Below are positions 9,343 through 19,811 of a stretch of DNA of 64,000 bases, in pieces (positions within the stretch are counted from its first letter, which is position 1; each line of letters starts with the position of its first letter). The stretch is taken from positions 1 through 64,000 of IMG/VR virus record IMGVR_UViG_3300036863_000086. One strand, given 5' to 3'. The DNA comes from a virus. The notes beneath the pieces were generated by a model. It did not search any database. It was given only the letters and a program-made list of their open reading frames with translations, and had not been told where the DNA came from. The translations under genes were made by a program, and so were the position numbers.

Positions 9343-10043
9343 TACGGAACCTTGTCTTCCAATTCAACAATAACCGAAAGCTGCGCGCCACTTGATCCTT
9401 GGTCAATATTCATCGAGAGCAGGTCATCAGCAATAAGGTCAAGCGTTGAAAACGTCGTGACATTCGTGTTGATCGCCTGGCCAACAGTAATTGTTGGTTT
9501 GCTGCTGCTAATCATTGTCACGCCATTTTTACGCAGGTCAACCTGTATGGACAGTCCAGTTGATCCAACCGTGCCAAGACAACAGCGGATGCCAATCAGC
9601 GTTGCTGAGCGCTTGACACGATACTTATATGTTCCGACCGTTGGGCTTGAAACCGTATCAAACGTAAAGTTCGCTTCTCGAAATCTGCCTGGCATACCGT
9701 GGTCGTGATCGAGCCCCGAAACTTGTGGCCCAATGCCTATTATTGGAGAACGACTATATGTGCTGTTCGTGACAACTGTTATCCCAATTGATGGGCCATC
9801 TAACCAGGCACTACCACCAGCGGTCGTCGTCCCTTTGAGGAATTTGCCAATTGTTGCAGTTTGCGGCTGCCCGTCGAGGTCGTAGCCGACTTTATCTTCA
9901 AGTCCAACAGTTGCTTGCGACGTGCGATCATGAACATTCGAGTGATCAGCGTTTGGATCGGTATTCCCACCAAGCGGTTTCCCTGTAACGTCAGGGATAA
10001 TGTCCCTTTCTTGTGGATAACTTGTCTGGCCTAATGTGGCCAT
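9342..10043 (-). CDS. minor tail protein
   Basis: Position in tail operon; GGAGG RBS; beta-rich C-terminus. Confidence 0.6.
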   Translation of the reverse strand: MATLGQTSYPQERDIIPDVTGKPLGGNTDPNADHSNVHDRTSQATVGLEDKVGYDLDGQPQTATIGKFLKGTTTAGGSAWLDGPSIGITVVTNSTYSRSPIIGIGPQVSGLDHDHGMPGRFREANFTFDTVSSPTVGTYKYRVKRSATLIGIRCCLGTVGSTGLSIQVDLRKNGVTMISSSKPTITVGQAINTNVTTFSTLDLIADDLLSMNIDQGSSGAQLSVIVELEDKVP

Positions 10044-10052
10044 GGCACCCTC

Positions 10053-10301
10053 CTACGCCGGCGCAATTTGCGTGACCGTGCCAGCTCCACCACGGAACCA
10101 CAGGGCGCCGCCCTGGACGTAAAGAAACCCGCCTCCGGTTGTCGGCGAGCTACCAGGAACTTCAATTGCTTCGCCGATGTGCGCAACGCCGGTTGTCGCC
10201 GCGCCGGTACCACCCTTTTCAATATTTTTCAATCGCCTCTGGATATCCCAGGCCCATGCGCGGAAATCGTGGTACTGATCAAGTGGGCTATTAATACTCA
10301 T
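10053..10301 (-). CDS. small tail-associated protein
   Basis: RRL..IE coil followed by GGGFLYVQGGALWFRG. Confidence 0.55.
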   Translation of the reverse strand: MSINSPLDQYHDFRAWAWDIQRRLKNIEKGGTGAATTGVAHIGEAIEVPGSSPTTGGGFLYVQGGALWFRGGAGTVTQIAPA

Positions 10302-11845
10302 ACCAACTCACCTCCCTCAACATAAATGTTCACGGATTCTTCGTCATTGGTACCGACTGTTAGCTGATAACCAGTCGTCCTGAGAACTTTATCAAACTGG
10401 TCATACCCATTATCGATTCGAATTCGCGCACTGTCCCCAGGACTAAACGTTCCAATGAATGGAAGGTCACGGCCCTTCATCGTGAGCGTCGGGATCGTCG
10501 AAGACGCTTTACGCAAATTCAAATCTTTTCTCGCCTGAGTCTCGACCTGTGTACCACTTTTCGCATTTTTTGTTTCAACTTCGCCTTCCATAAGACCATA
10601 CTTAGTCATCGATTGCGCGTCGGAAACAACGCGGACAATCATCGCTTCGCCGTCGCCTGGCCCAAGACCGGCGTCGTTGTTAACAATCGTTGACGCAGCC
10701 CGTGGTAAGCTATAATCAGTGAGATTTGACTTGTACTCAAGAACTGTCGGAATAGTGTTCCCCCGTCGTGGGACGTACGTACGAAACTGGCGCGTCGTGG
10801 CGTCAATACTATAGTCAAATCCTGTCACGACATTATTCGCCAAGTTCTGAATTTCATTAAGTAGATTTGGGCGCTCCCAAAAGTTGTACGTCACAGTAAA
10901 CCCGAGTGCTGGACCATTCGTATGCTTATCAATAATGTGAAGATTGCCGAATGACTTCGCCTGTGACATTGTGATGAGTGTTCCAGCAATCGCTGGCCCA
11001 TTGGATGTAGTAGGAAACGTCATCGTCTTATCAATTCGACGAAAGTTAAAATAAGAAAGCAAGCCGTTGGCCGTCAGGTGAATAACCTTCTCAGAGGCAT
11101 TGCCACTGATTTGCCACAGGGGGCCAGCAAAGATCAGTGAGCCCTTACGCCACAACCACAGCTCATGAACACCTTCTTCAACCGTCAAACGGGAGACATT
11201 TGGATGAAAAACTGGAAGATCAACTCGTAGCTCTCCAGCATCATTCAACATGTCTTCCATTTGAATGTTGAAGTATGGAAGCTGTGCAACACGCTTTCCA
11301 AACTTTGTTCTTGTTTCAAGCACATAGACTGCCGACTGGCCAAATGGCGCACTTGTAACGAGCGTGATTTGCGTTGGAGGAGGCGGTGGCGGCGGAGCTG
11401 GGACGAATTCACCGTCGTAACCAATTGTTCCGTCATACGACGTATTGTGATCGTCATAGGAAAGTCCAGTAATAACATCAGAAGGTACAGAGGCGACCAG
11501 TCCATTAATAGTAATCTGTGCAGTAACGGCGAAAACAGTTGCACTGTTAATTGCCGCAAATGTACCAGGAAGACCATCAATTGTAATCTGAGCTGTAACA
11601 GCTACAACAGGCGTATCAGCTATTGCTTCGAGTGCATCAATCGAGATAACGGCAACAGCAGCGAGGACTGTCGCGTCACCTGCTGCAAGACCATCAATGG
11701 TAATGAGGCCAACATCAGCAGCGACCGGCGTATCTGTAACTGCGATTTGGCCATCAATAGTGATTTGGGCAACGGCAGCGTTAACAGTGGCGTCACCAGC
11801 AGATTGACGCCCTAGAAGATCGTTAACATGCTGCCAACCTGGCAC
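10298..11845 (-). CDS. minor tail/baseplate hub protein with repetitive N-terminus and poly-Pro linker
   Basis: LNDAGEL...LWLWR.G.LIFAGPLW...A.GLLSYF..R, PGD motif; ITIDG repeats. Confidence 0.7.
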   Translation of the reverse strand: MPGWQHVNDLLGRQSAGDATVNAAVAQITIDGQIAVTDTPVAADVGLITIDGLAAGDATVLAAVAVISIDALEAIADTPVVAVTAQITIDGLPGTFAAINSATVFAVTAQITINGLVASVPSDVITGLSYDDHNTSYDGTIGYDGEFVPAPPPPPPPTQITLVTSAPFGQSAVYVLETRTKFGKRVAQLPYFNIQMEDMLNDAGELRVDLPVFHPNVSRLTVEEGVHELWLWRKGSLIFAGPLWQISGNASEKVIHLTANGLLSYFNFRRIDKTMTFPTTSNGPAIAGTLITMSQAKSFGNLHIIDKHTNGPALGFTVTYNFWERPNLLNEIQNLANNVVTGFDYSIDATTRQFRTYVPRRGNTIPTVLEYKSNLTDYSLPRAASTIVNNDAGLGPGDGEAMIVRVVSDAQSMTKYGLMEGEVETKNAKSGTQVETQARKDLNLRKASSTIPTLTMKGRDLPFIGTFSPGDSARIRIDNGYDQFDKVLRTTGYQLTVGTNDEESVNIYVEGGELV

Positions 11846-12466
11846 TTACGAAAGCACCTTTCCTTTTGGAACACACATTGAAGCACTTTGCTTTTCCCTA
11901 TACTCAGGATTAGCCCAATCTTGTAGTCGGCGCCGGCTAAGCTTTTCATTCCTCTGGCTCCATGCATCACTACTACGATCCGCAACTAATCCAGCTTCGC
12001 TGAGTGTGCGTGACCTGATATTGTGCTTTCGCATAAACCTGCGAACAGCAGCGGGACTGACGCCGACCAACTCCGCAATCGCCATCTGCGTCTTATTTTC
12101 AACTAGATAGAGCCTGCGGACTTCCTCGGCCCCCAGTTTCTCCAAAGCACCAAAACCAGTTACTATTCTTATGGCTTCTACGTGTGGTAGAAGCTCAATA
12201 AGTGCTTCCCGCTTTACTAAGCAATACGGTATCAGATTGTTAATGACATAAAGGAGATCCTCTCTACGTTCAATAAGCAAGTTATGCACAGGTTTGGAAT
12301 TGGTATTGACATTTTGTTTTGTACGAATTTTCCCACACCTCATAAACTGTTGCATGGCAATTAAACTATCCAAGTGAGTATTACTCCAGGATAATGACGC
12401 TTTTCTGGCATGCCAACCTACATGACCTTCGCCATCGAAATAACCAGCAACGTAGCTCCAGTTCAT
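11846..12466 (-). CDS. free-standing LAGLIDADG homing endonuclease with HTH
   Basis: SYVAGYFDGEG motif, PY..VKR; TQMAIAELVGVSPAAV HTH; GAGG RBS. Confidence 0.8.
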   Translation of the reverse strand: MNWSYVAGYFDGEGHVGWHARKASLSWSNTHLDSLIAMQQFMRCGKIRTKQNVNTNSKPVHNLLIERREDLLYVINNLIPYCLVKREALIELLPHVEAIRIVTGFGALEKLGAEEVRRLYLVENKTQMAIAELVGVSPAAVRRFMRKHNIRSRTLSEAGLVADRSSDAWSQRNEKLSRRRLQDWANPEYREKQSASMCVPKGKVLS

Positions 12467-12473
12467 AATTACC

Positions 12474-12914
12474 TCACGATAAGATTTTCCAAGCATAACT
12501 GCGTCCCGTGCCGGACGTTTGCTTCAGCGTAAATTTGCACGAAATATCGCTGGGAACTGGCAGTGACTGCTTGATCATTGAGGACTGTGCGTTACGAATC
12601 ACCAATGGTGGATACATGAGTCGCTCAGCTCCAGCGGTCAACACGGTGTAGTACACACGAAGCTCAGTTTCATCGCCATCTGCCATGTTGGCGCAGTCAA
12701 CAAAAAGCGTGTACACCTTTGCGCCCGTCAAAGTTGCAAGGGTATGCTCGGTGCTAATTGTAGCGGCTTGCGTGCCAGATGCTTCCAGAACGACTGCTGA
12801 CATCGGCTCACCTCCTAACGCGCTGTAGAATTTTGGAAAGCTCTTGGGATACGTGCGGCCATAATTTATTGGTACTGTGTACGCTCGCGGATATCGTAGG
12901 GGATATCGAGGCAA
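12474..12914 (-). CDS. virion-associated hypothetical protein (alternative start 12803)
   Basis: YPxxYP-rich N-terminus; internal GGAGG RBS before MSAVV. Confidence 0.55.
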   Translation of the reverse strand: MPRYPLRYPRAYTVPINYGRTYPKSFPKFYSALGGEPMSAVVLEASGTQAATISTEHTLATLTGAKVYTLFVDCANMADGDETELRVYYTVLTAGAERLMYPPLVIRNAQSSMIKQSLPVPSDISCKFTLKQTSGTGRSYAWKILS

Positions 12915-13730
12915 TCATCGTAGTCCTAAAATGGCAATGTCAACAATGCGCTCGACTGCATCAGTTGTCGTTGATGATGACCTTGCAGAAAGTCGCACAC
13001 CAGATGGGATGTTGAAAAAGAATGGTCCCCAAACCTGTGGCGTCACTTGGTCTTGGCCATTGCTCTTCAATTCTAAATCTGGAATAATGATTTTCTCAGA
13101 TGCCGCCGCGCCAACGGCAACGTCCACTGCGTAGTCAGCGACCAAACTTCTGTTGGTCGCATTGTTACCAAACATTACAATAACACCGCGATAGGCAGCG
13201 GTCGTTGAAGCAATAAGTTGTGCGTACGAGCCCTTTGTGTTGGCAACGGCTCCAGCATCAATAGCAGTTCCACCAGAGTTTGCAGTACTTGTGCCAAGTG
13301 AATCAATAATTTGAAATCCAAATTCACCAAACATCGATGCGGAAAGTGCATAACACGTGGCATAAAAGCTGACAAGCGTATCTGAACCTTGCATTCGTGC
13401 GGAGATCCGCTTGCCAGATGGAATCCATACTGGAATCCAGAAATGAAACGAGAGCCCGTTCCCTCCGCCATAGATATAGATATTTGGAATAATGATTGTT
13501 TCAGAGCCAGCAGCACCAACAGCAATATCAACGAGCATATCTTGAATATTCGAACTTGCACGGAAACAAAGAATGAGTACAGATGTCTCATACGTCGTTG
13601 ACGCGATGAGCTGTGTGTACGCAGTCTTTGTATTTGCCGTTGAGCTGGGGCCAATTTGGACGCCATGCGAACTCGATGGAGCTGGCCCACGCTCCATCGA
13701 TCCGTTTTCGAGTAATGCCCAGCTCGTCAT
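12915..13730 (-). CDS. virion protein with internal duplication
   Basis: Two copies of NTK..Y.QLIASTT...VD.AVGAA.SE.IIIP...IPSG.R.SAR. Confidence 0.65.
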   Translation of the reverse strand: MTSWALLENGSMERGPAPSSSHGVQIGPSSTANTKTAYTQLIASTTYETSVLILCFRASSNIQDMLVDIAVGAAGSETIIIPNIYIYGGGNGLSFHFWIPVWIPSGKRISARMQGSDTLVSFYATCYALSASMFGEFGFQIIDSLGTSTANSGGTAIDAGAVANTKGSYAQLIASTTAAYRGVIVMFGNNATNRSLVADYAVDVAVGAAASEKIIIPDLELKSNGQDQVTPQVWGPFFFNIPSGVRLSARSSSTTTDAVERIVDIAILGLR

Positions 13731-14167
13731 GAGAATGTCGCTTGGAAGAGTCCAGCGGTTGCCCAGGTAATCGTGAAGTTCCCACCAGTTGAGCTAACGT
13801 CAACGCCAAAGTCCTGCCACATAATGAGGCGACGAGCGGTATCAACACCACCAGATAGATTGTCATATACGACAGCAAACCTTGCAGTAATCGTTGATGC
13901 TGGCCAAACAGCATCGCCACCATCGAATGCCCAAATAAAGTTTGTTGTAGTAATCTGAACTGGGGTCGGCAGCACTATGCCACCAGCCACGTAGCCAGTT
14001 CCAGTAACTTCATTCGTCACGTCAGATTTGAATTCATGAGTGTTTTGATTCGGCACATACAATGATGTGCAAAGCATCACCTTCACTTCGTTAGCTACGT
14101 CAAGATCAACATCTTTCGCAAGCAAAGTCCTCAAAAAGTTTCTATAAACATGCGCTGTAACAGCCAA
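13727..14167 (-). CDS. minor tail protein
   Basis: NEVTGTGYVAGG...STITAR.AVVY...DFG.D.SST.G.FTITW pattern of phage tail proteins. Confidence 0.65.
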   Translation of the reverse strand: MAVTAHVYRNFLRTLLAKDVDLDVANEVKVMLCTSLYVPNQNTHEFKSDVTNEVTGTGYVAGGIVLPTPVQITTTNFIWAFDGGDAVWPASTITARFAVVYDNLSGGVDTARRLIMWQDFGVDVSSTGGNFTITWATAGLFQATFS

Positions 14168-14178
14168 TGTTCACCTCC

Positions 14179-14670
14179 TCACGTGGCAACTGTAGCGCAA
14201 ATAGCCCACATATCAAACGAACTAAAAGAAGCTAATGGTATAAGCTCTGAGAACCATCCAGCGTCGTTATTCGTGCCGCCCCCAGGGCGGTCCCAAATAA
14301 CCTTCACGCTCTCATTTCCCTCATAGCCCCCTCCCAATACCTTCTTTCCAGCGGGACAGGTTGCACTAACAAGATACGACGCGCCAGGATGAAAGTCGGT
14401 AATAATGTGATTATTAACAACTTCATAGTTAGAAATACCTGGAGCGCCAGCAGGCCCCTGCGGGCCAGTCTGATTCCAATTCAACGCTGCAAAGCCGCTA
14501 GGGCACGTTGCAGCAGAGTCGATTGCAATTAGCGAGCCTTGCGCTGGATTGGTGGTTTTATAGCAACCATGGATAACACCATCAGGCCCAGGAATCGATG
14601 CATACGCAATAGCTCCAACAGTAACCACAAACGCTGCAACAATTCCTATAATTAAAGCTTTCTTAAGCAT
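14179..14670 (-). CDS. secreted/membrane protein with short collagen-like motif
   Basis: N-terminal signal peptide, GPQGPAGAPG. Confidence 0.6.
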   Translation of the reverse strand: MLKKALIIGIVAAFVVTVGAIAYASIPGPDGVIHGCYKTTNPAQGSLIAIDSAATCPSGFAALNWNQTGPQGPAGAPGISNYEVVNNHIITDFHPGASYLVSATCPAGKKVLGGGYEGNESVKVIWDRPGGGTNNDAGWFSELIPLASFSSFDMWAICATVAT

Positions 14671-14679
14671 GGCACTCCT

Positions 14680-15519
14680 TTAACCAAGAGCAAACCAACG
14701 CATAGTCATGGTCTGTGCGCTTGCAACGGTGTTACGGAATCGAAATGTTGTTGACGTATAGCTATCAGTGCCAGCGACACCGCCAGGCCCACCACCAATG
14801 CCCTGCCCTGACCATAGCGCATGGACATAAACAGGCGTGAAACCAGCACCATGCGTGACAGTCTGGTAACCGCCTGAGTCAGTGGTGAACGTTTGTGGGC
14901 CGCCAAAGTGGAATCGCAGGGTAAAGTCACCGGATTGGCTCCCAGCCAAATATTTGCTAAACGAACCGTCATTGTCGACAATTCCACCACGACGCATTGG
15001 TGCAATCGTTGGCTTGAGACTTGTGATATTGGCGTTGACAATCGTTGTCACAGCAGCGCCAACAAAGACTCGTGCAAGTTTGAGTGTCGAAATTGGCGGC
15101 GTTGGGTCAACCGGCGAGCTAGAAGGCGTACCAGTCACGACTTCCAATGCCCACAGATTGCTACCACTTGAGTCGTAGATATTGTCATAGGCGTGTGCAA
15201 CAACGAGGTCGTTTCGACCAAGTGTTGCATGAGCAGCAGCAATTCCCTTGTTCACTGTGGCGTCGTTGTAACAACGATACATTCCTTGGGTAGCAGGCGT
15301 CGTGTCGCCACGAACATACGCAACACCAGAGGCGACATTGACGGTCATGTTCGGCGTGCCATTTTGCGTCACGTTCATATCCGTGCTTGTGACAACGCCA
15401 CCGTCTGTTGCAGTACCCTCCAATCCATTGGAGTCACGCATAAAGTCGTGCCAGAACGCACGATCAGCAGTTGCGTTATAGCTGAGCGCGTCGAGAAACT
15501 GTGGCGATTGCTCTGCCAT
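14680..15519 (-). CDS. minor tail / baseplate protein
   Basis: MTVNVASGVAYVRG...R.DLVV...V.GTPS..P motif. Confidence 0.7.
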   Translation of the reverse strand: MAEQSPQFLDALSYNATADRAFWHDFMRDSNGLEGTATDGGVVTSTDMNVTQNGTPNMTVNVASGVAYVRGDTTPATQGMYRCYNDATVNKGIAAAHATLGRNDLVVAHAYDNIYDSSGSNLWALEVVTGTPSSSPVDPTPPISTLKLARVFVGAAVTTIVNANITSLKPTIAPMRRGGIVDNDGSFSKYLAGSQSGDFTLRFHFGGPQTFTTDSGGYQTVTHGAGFTPVYVHALWSGQGIGGGPGGVAGTDSYTSTTFRFRNTVASAQTMTMRWFALG

Positions 15520-15527
15520 GTCACCTC

Positions 15528-16382
15528 CTAACTATACGCATTGCGAAACAGCACTGTGACTTGTCCACCAGATGTAAAGTTTTGCGCAGTGAACACGAAA
15601 TCGTTGGCGCCAGCAGCGAGCTTGATAAAGTCAACACCCTGCAAAATGTCAATACGATCAGCGCCATTAAATTTCACAGTTCGCAATGCGGTATCAATGA
15701 CGAGCTGATCAGTTGATCCAAGTACAATGTTAAACCGCATTGTTGTGCTCAGTGTGACATTCTGCAAAATCGGAGTGGTCGCTGGGCCATCGATGAGAAT
15801 GGTTGGGAACGAATACGTATTGCCTTGGTTGGTAACGGTAAGCGTTCCTCCAGTAGAAACTGTGCCATAAGCGTGTGGATAAATCTTCGGATATGACCGC
15901 CCACCAATCGTCGAAGGCAACCCCACAGGACCGATTTTCAATGCTGATGAATCATAAATTCTCGGGTCTTCACAAAGCATCTGTGCCTGAAACGAAACAT
16001 AGCCAGCGTTAAAATCAGCGTTCAGTGGATAACGAACGCCAAGTGGATAGCCAAAGACTACACGCTGTGGTCGACCTCGTGGGCGAAAATACAGTGGAAG
16101 CGCAGTTGTGCTTGGTTGCCAATTCGCTTTGAGTGCATCGATCGTTGTAAATGGATCGCTGGGGTCAAAACGAATAAAGCCACTAATAGCAACTGATCGA
16201 GATTTCGTAAAGCCAGCGAACACATAGGAACCGTCGCTACCATCTCGGTCATTCTCAATGACGCGAAACTCGGGCATGTCAAGCCCGTCGACAGATTCAA
16301 TGTCGTACGTCAGGCCGCCGCCCATGAGCTGGCCAGTATCGCCAAGCTGAAACGTCCATTCATCCAAAGTTGGCGCGACCAT
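15528..16382 (-). CDS. distal tail protein (Dit)
   Basis: Directly after tape measure; C.DPRIY, N.G....P.I.I.GP. Confidence 0.75.
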   Translation of the reverse strand: MVAPTLDEWTFQLGDTGQLMGGGLTYDIESVDGLDMPEFRVIENDRDGSDGSYVFAGFTKSRSVAISGFIRFDPSDPFTTIDALKANWQPSTTALPLYFRPRGRPQRVVFGYPLGVRYPLNADFNAGYVSFQAQMLCEDPRIYDSSALKIGPVGLPSTIGGRSYPKIYPHAYGTVSTGGTLTVTNQGNTYSFPTILIDGPATTPILQNVTLSTTMRFNIVLGSTDQLVIDTALRTVKFNGADRIDILQGVDFIKLAAGANDFVFTAQNFTSGGQVTVLFRNAYS

Positions 16383-16384
16383 GA

Positions 16385-19300
16385 TTAACCTCTATTAGCG
16401 ATTTCCCAACCCAGCCGCTGTGCGTGGTACACAGGATTGATCTCCTGCGTCTGAATGTTAAAAATTTGCGTGACGCCACTCTTGTCGGGCGGCAGCACGC
16501 GCTCTGGTTTTCCAGTACGATTCACGGCAATGGAAACGCCAGGTGGCAAGTAGCCGCCCCGGTCGTACCAGTTATGTGCAACCTCGTGCGCCCATGCGCC
16601 CGCAGGAGTGCCATACCGCCCACGGATATATTGAATCATCCAAGCAAGTTGCGCGAATGCGGCGGTCATGACATCGGAGCTAAACGCTGCCCTCGGAAGT
16701 TTCGATGCAGGAAGCGCTTGAGGAATGCCGTAAGCGCCGGAGCTTGGGTTGGTCGCATGAACGTTATAACCAGCTTCACGCATTTCTAGAAGATCAAATG
16801 GTCGCCACTGACTAATACCAAATGCCTGGACGATCATTTGATATGCTAGATCCTTGACTGACTTAAACTTCTGATTAATACCAAAGGCAATACCAACTCC
16901 CTGCGTGATACTGCCAAGTTTTTGCTCTGCCGCGCCTGCTATCGCAGAAATAAACTTGTGCGCAAGCCACGATATTAGTCGATGAACAACATCTCCGCCA
17001 GGAAGACGATGCAACGCGACATTAACTGCGGTCCCAATTGGGTCAGTAACTGCCCCAACAATGCCACCACTAGCAAACTGATTCGCGTTAATAGCTTCAA
17101 GTAGTTGTCGATGTCGTGATGTTGCCGCTGCGTTGACAACGAACTCTCCGTTCGAAAGCCAGGCGTTAATGAGGTCAGCTCGCGGCCCGCCTAGTCCTCG
17201 GACCATGCCGCCAGCAGCAACTCTCCTGCCAGAACCTGACGTTCCCCGTTGTGTGCCGCCGCCACCAAGAAGTGGAATCTCTGGAATGTTGAGGCCAACG
17301 CCAAGTTTTTTGGAGATACGGTCGAGCGTTCGGATAAACGGGTTCAAGACATGGCTAATAACCCAGTTCACTGGGCCTGAGAATATGCCCTTAATGCTAT
17401 TCCAAATAATTCGAAATGATTCAACTAGATTCTTCCAGATCGTCTTGAATGGTGTAAGCTGATTCTTAAAGAAGTCCATAATGAGCTTCCAGGCGCCCTT
17501 CACAAGACGAGAAATGGTACCCCAGCCTTGCTTAGCCAAAATCCTGAAAGACTCCCAAAGGTTCTTCCACAGCGTCTTAATAATGTCCCATTGAGATGTA
17601 AAGAATGTCTTGATCTGGCCCCAAACGAAGCGGAACGCGGTGTTGATCGCACGCCAAAACGCCATGCCAACGATCCTAAACGATTCCCAAAGGTTCTTCC
17701 AAAGCACGACAAACACAGCCCACTGGTCAAGGAAGAACCTCTTGATTTGTAGCCAGACGAATCTGAATGAAGTATTGATCGCACGCCAGAACGCCGCGCC
17801 GATGATCTTGAACGATTCCCACAGGTTCCTCCACAGCACCACGGCGACTGCCCACTGGGCCTTAAAGAAGTCTGCAATAATCTTCCAAACCAGTTTGAGC
17901 GTTGCAACGAAACTATGCCAAGCGGCCGTCAATTGCTTCCCGAAAACTGACCAAAGCGTCGTCCATGGGAGAAGCAGCAACGCGAGGAACACCGCGAACG
18001 CAATACGAATGATCTTCCAAACGGCTTTTAGAAATCCAAGAACCGCGTTCCAAGCATCGACAGTTGTCTTCTTTGCAAATTCCCAGCGGTCCTTCAAGAA
18101 GCTAACAATAGAGTTCCAAACGCCCTCGGCGATGTCCTGTGCCGAGTGCCAGAGGTCCGTAAAGAACTTCGCAACGTCATCCCAAATTCGAACGGCAAAC
18201 GTTGCGATATCGTTCCAGATGCGAATGAAGAATGTCTTGATATCGTTCCAGATGCGAATGACAAACGTCACGATGTCACGCCAGATTCGGACCATGAACG
18301 CCCAAATCGCTTTGTGATATTTAATGATCACAATTGTCAAGGCGATAATGGCAATAATGACGACAACAGTCAAACCAGCGACAATGGCAATCGCGCCAGC
18401 AAGCCCAGCGCCGATAGAACCAATAACGACCGCAATCGAGCCAACGAGCATCGCAAAGACACCAATGATCGTTAGCATGATCCCGCCGACAATAGCCATA
18501 ACCGACGCGAACAACAGGAAGTAGCCAATAAGCTTCTTCGTGTGTGGTGAGAGGTTCACAAACCACTGCACAACTTTGGTCAGTTGGGTAATAAATCTAG
18601 AAAGAATTGGAATCAGCTCGTTGCCAAGCTCAATCTTAAGAATTTGCCAGTTGTTCTTTAAGAGTTGCGACTTTGCAGCAAACGTTTGCGCCATTGTGGT
18701 ATAGGCTTTTTTCGTCGCTCCAGCAGAATTACCAACATCCCTGATGAATTGGTTAAGCTGCTTGGTGTGGTCAATCGCAAGGTCGAAGAATCGGCGTGCT
18801 TGAATCGTTCCTTGCGCCCCAAAGACGTCCTTGAACAGTCCAGCTCGCGCAGGCGCTTGCAGTTTCGCAAATGCCGGCGCCATTTCTGTGAGCAGTGTGT
18901 TGATTGGCCTCATCTTGCCGTGTGCATCGAGCAAGTTAATACTAAAGCCCTTGAGCCACTTTATCGTGTCTGGAGCTAGTTTTTGCCCAATAAACTTCGC
19001 TGCCTTAATGGCTTCCTTGCCGATATCTTTAAGTCCTTGCACAGTATCAGCTCTTCGGAACATATCGGAAAGTCGAGCAATACCAACGGCAGCCATCGCA
19101 ACAGATTGGCCGCGCCGTGTGAGGAACGCCATGGTGCCAGCAAGAAATTCGAAGCTCTGGCCAGTCGCACGCACCGATGGAATTGCACGGCCAAGGACGC
19201 CAGCAAACTGCTTGTATGTTCCGACACCCAACTGCACCATCTTGAACTGTACGTCGAAGATATGTGTCAAACTCGATAGTGGCAAGTCCCATGAGTTCAA

Positions 19301-19810
19301 AATAGCAATTGCAGTTCGACCAACACTAATGATGTCATCTTGGCCAGCAACAGCCGCGCGCGAGAATTGCAACAGAACTTTCGCGGAGTCCTTGACCTTA
19401 ATGTCAGTCGAAGAGAAGATGTCGAACAGCGCGGCGTTCAGCGACTCAATTGGAACAGGGATCACTTTGGCAACGTTGATGGAGATTTGTTCAAGCTGCT
19501 TGACAGATACCTGGCCATTGTGAACCTGTGTCGCAGCAAGCGCAGCGCTCTTCTCAAATTCCATCGAAGCATCGGCCAGCTTCTTGATACCAATAAGACC
19601 GCCGATACCAAGTGCAGTAATACCAATACCTGCGGTGGTAGCAATTCGTCCGACCTGTTCAAGCCGCTGCCCAACTGCGTAAAATTGCCTGTCAAGTCTT
19701 GTGGCATGCCTGCCTAGTCCGCCAAACTGCTTCCCAACGCCAATGAGCGTTTGAGAAGTCAGGTCTCGCGCACGAAGGATAATCCACAGGTCACGCGAAT
19801 TAAACGGCAT
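16385..19810 (-). CDS. tape measure protein with C-terminal lytic transglycosylase domain
   Basis: About 1140 aa with W/F-periodic repeats; REAGYN..ATNPSSGAYGIPQALP...YIRGRYG. Confidence 0.92.
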   Translation of the reverse strand: MPFNSRDLWIILRARDLTSQTLIGVGKQFGGLGRHATRLDRQFYAVGQRLEQVGRIATTAGIGITALGIGGLIGIKKLADASMEFEKSAALAATQVHNGQVSVKQLEQISINVAKVIPVPIESLNAALFDIFSSTDIKVKDSAKVLLQFSRAAVAGQDDIISVGRTAIAILNSWDLPLSSLTHIFDVQFKMVQLGVGTYKQFAGVLGRAIPSVRATGQSFEFLAGTMAFLTRRGQSVAMAAVGIARLSDMFRRADTVQGLKDIGKEAIKAAKFIGQKLAPDTIKWLKGFSINLLDAHGKMRPINTLLTEMAPAFAKLQAPARAGLFKDVFGAQGTIQARRFFDLAIDHTKQLNQFIRDVGNSAGATKKAYTTMAQTFAAKSQLLKNNWQILKIELGNELIPILSRFITQLTKVVQWFVNLSPHTKKLIGYFLLFASVMAIVGGIMLTIIGVFAMLVGSIAVVIGSIGAGLAGAIAIVAGLTVVVIIAIIALTIVIIKYHKAIWAFMVRIWRDIVTFVIRIWNDIKTFFIRIWNDIATFAVRIWDDVAKFFTDLWHSAQDIAEGVWNSIVSFLKDRWEFAKKTTVDAWNAVLGFLKAVWKIIRIAFAVFLALLLLPWTTLWSVFGKQLTAAWHSFVATLKLVWKIIADFFKAQWAVAVVLWRNLWESFKIIGAAFWRAINTSFRFVWLQIKRFFLDQWAVFVVLWKNLWESFRIVGMAFWRAINTAFRFVWGQIKTFFTSQWDIIKTLWKNLWESFRILAKQGWGTISRLVKGAWKLIMDFFKNQLTPFKTIWKNLVESFRIIWNSIKGIFSGPVNWVISHVLNPFIRTLDRISKKLGVGLNIPEIPLLGGGGTQRGTSGSGRRVAAGGMVRGLGGPRADLINAWLSNGEFVVNAAATSRHRQLLEAINANQFASGGIVGAVTDPIGTAVNVALHRLPGGDVVHRLISWLAHKFISAIAGAAEQKLGSITQGVGIAFGINQKFKSVKDLAYQMIVQAFGISQWRPFDLLEMREAGYNVHATNPSSGAYGIPQALPASKLPRAAFSSDVMTAAFAQLAWMIQYIRGRYGTPAGAWAHEVAHNWYDRGGYLPPGVSIAVNRTGKPERVLPPDKSGVTQIFNIQTQEINPVYHAQRLGWEIANRG

Positions 19811-19811
19811 G

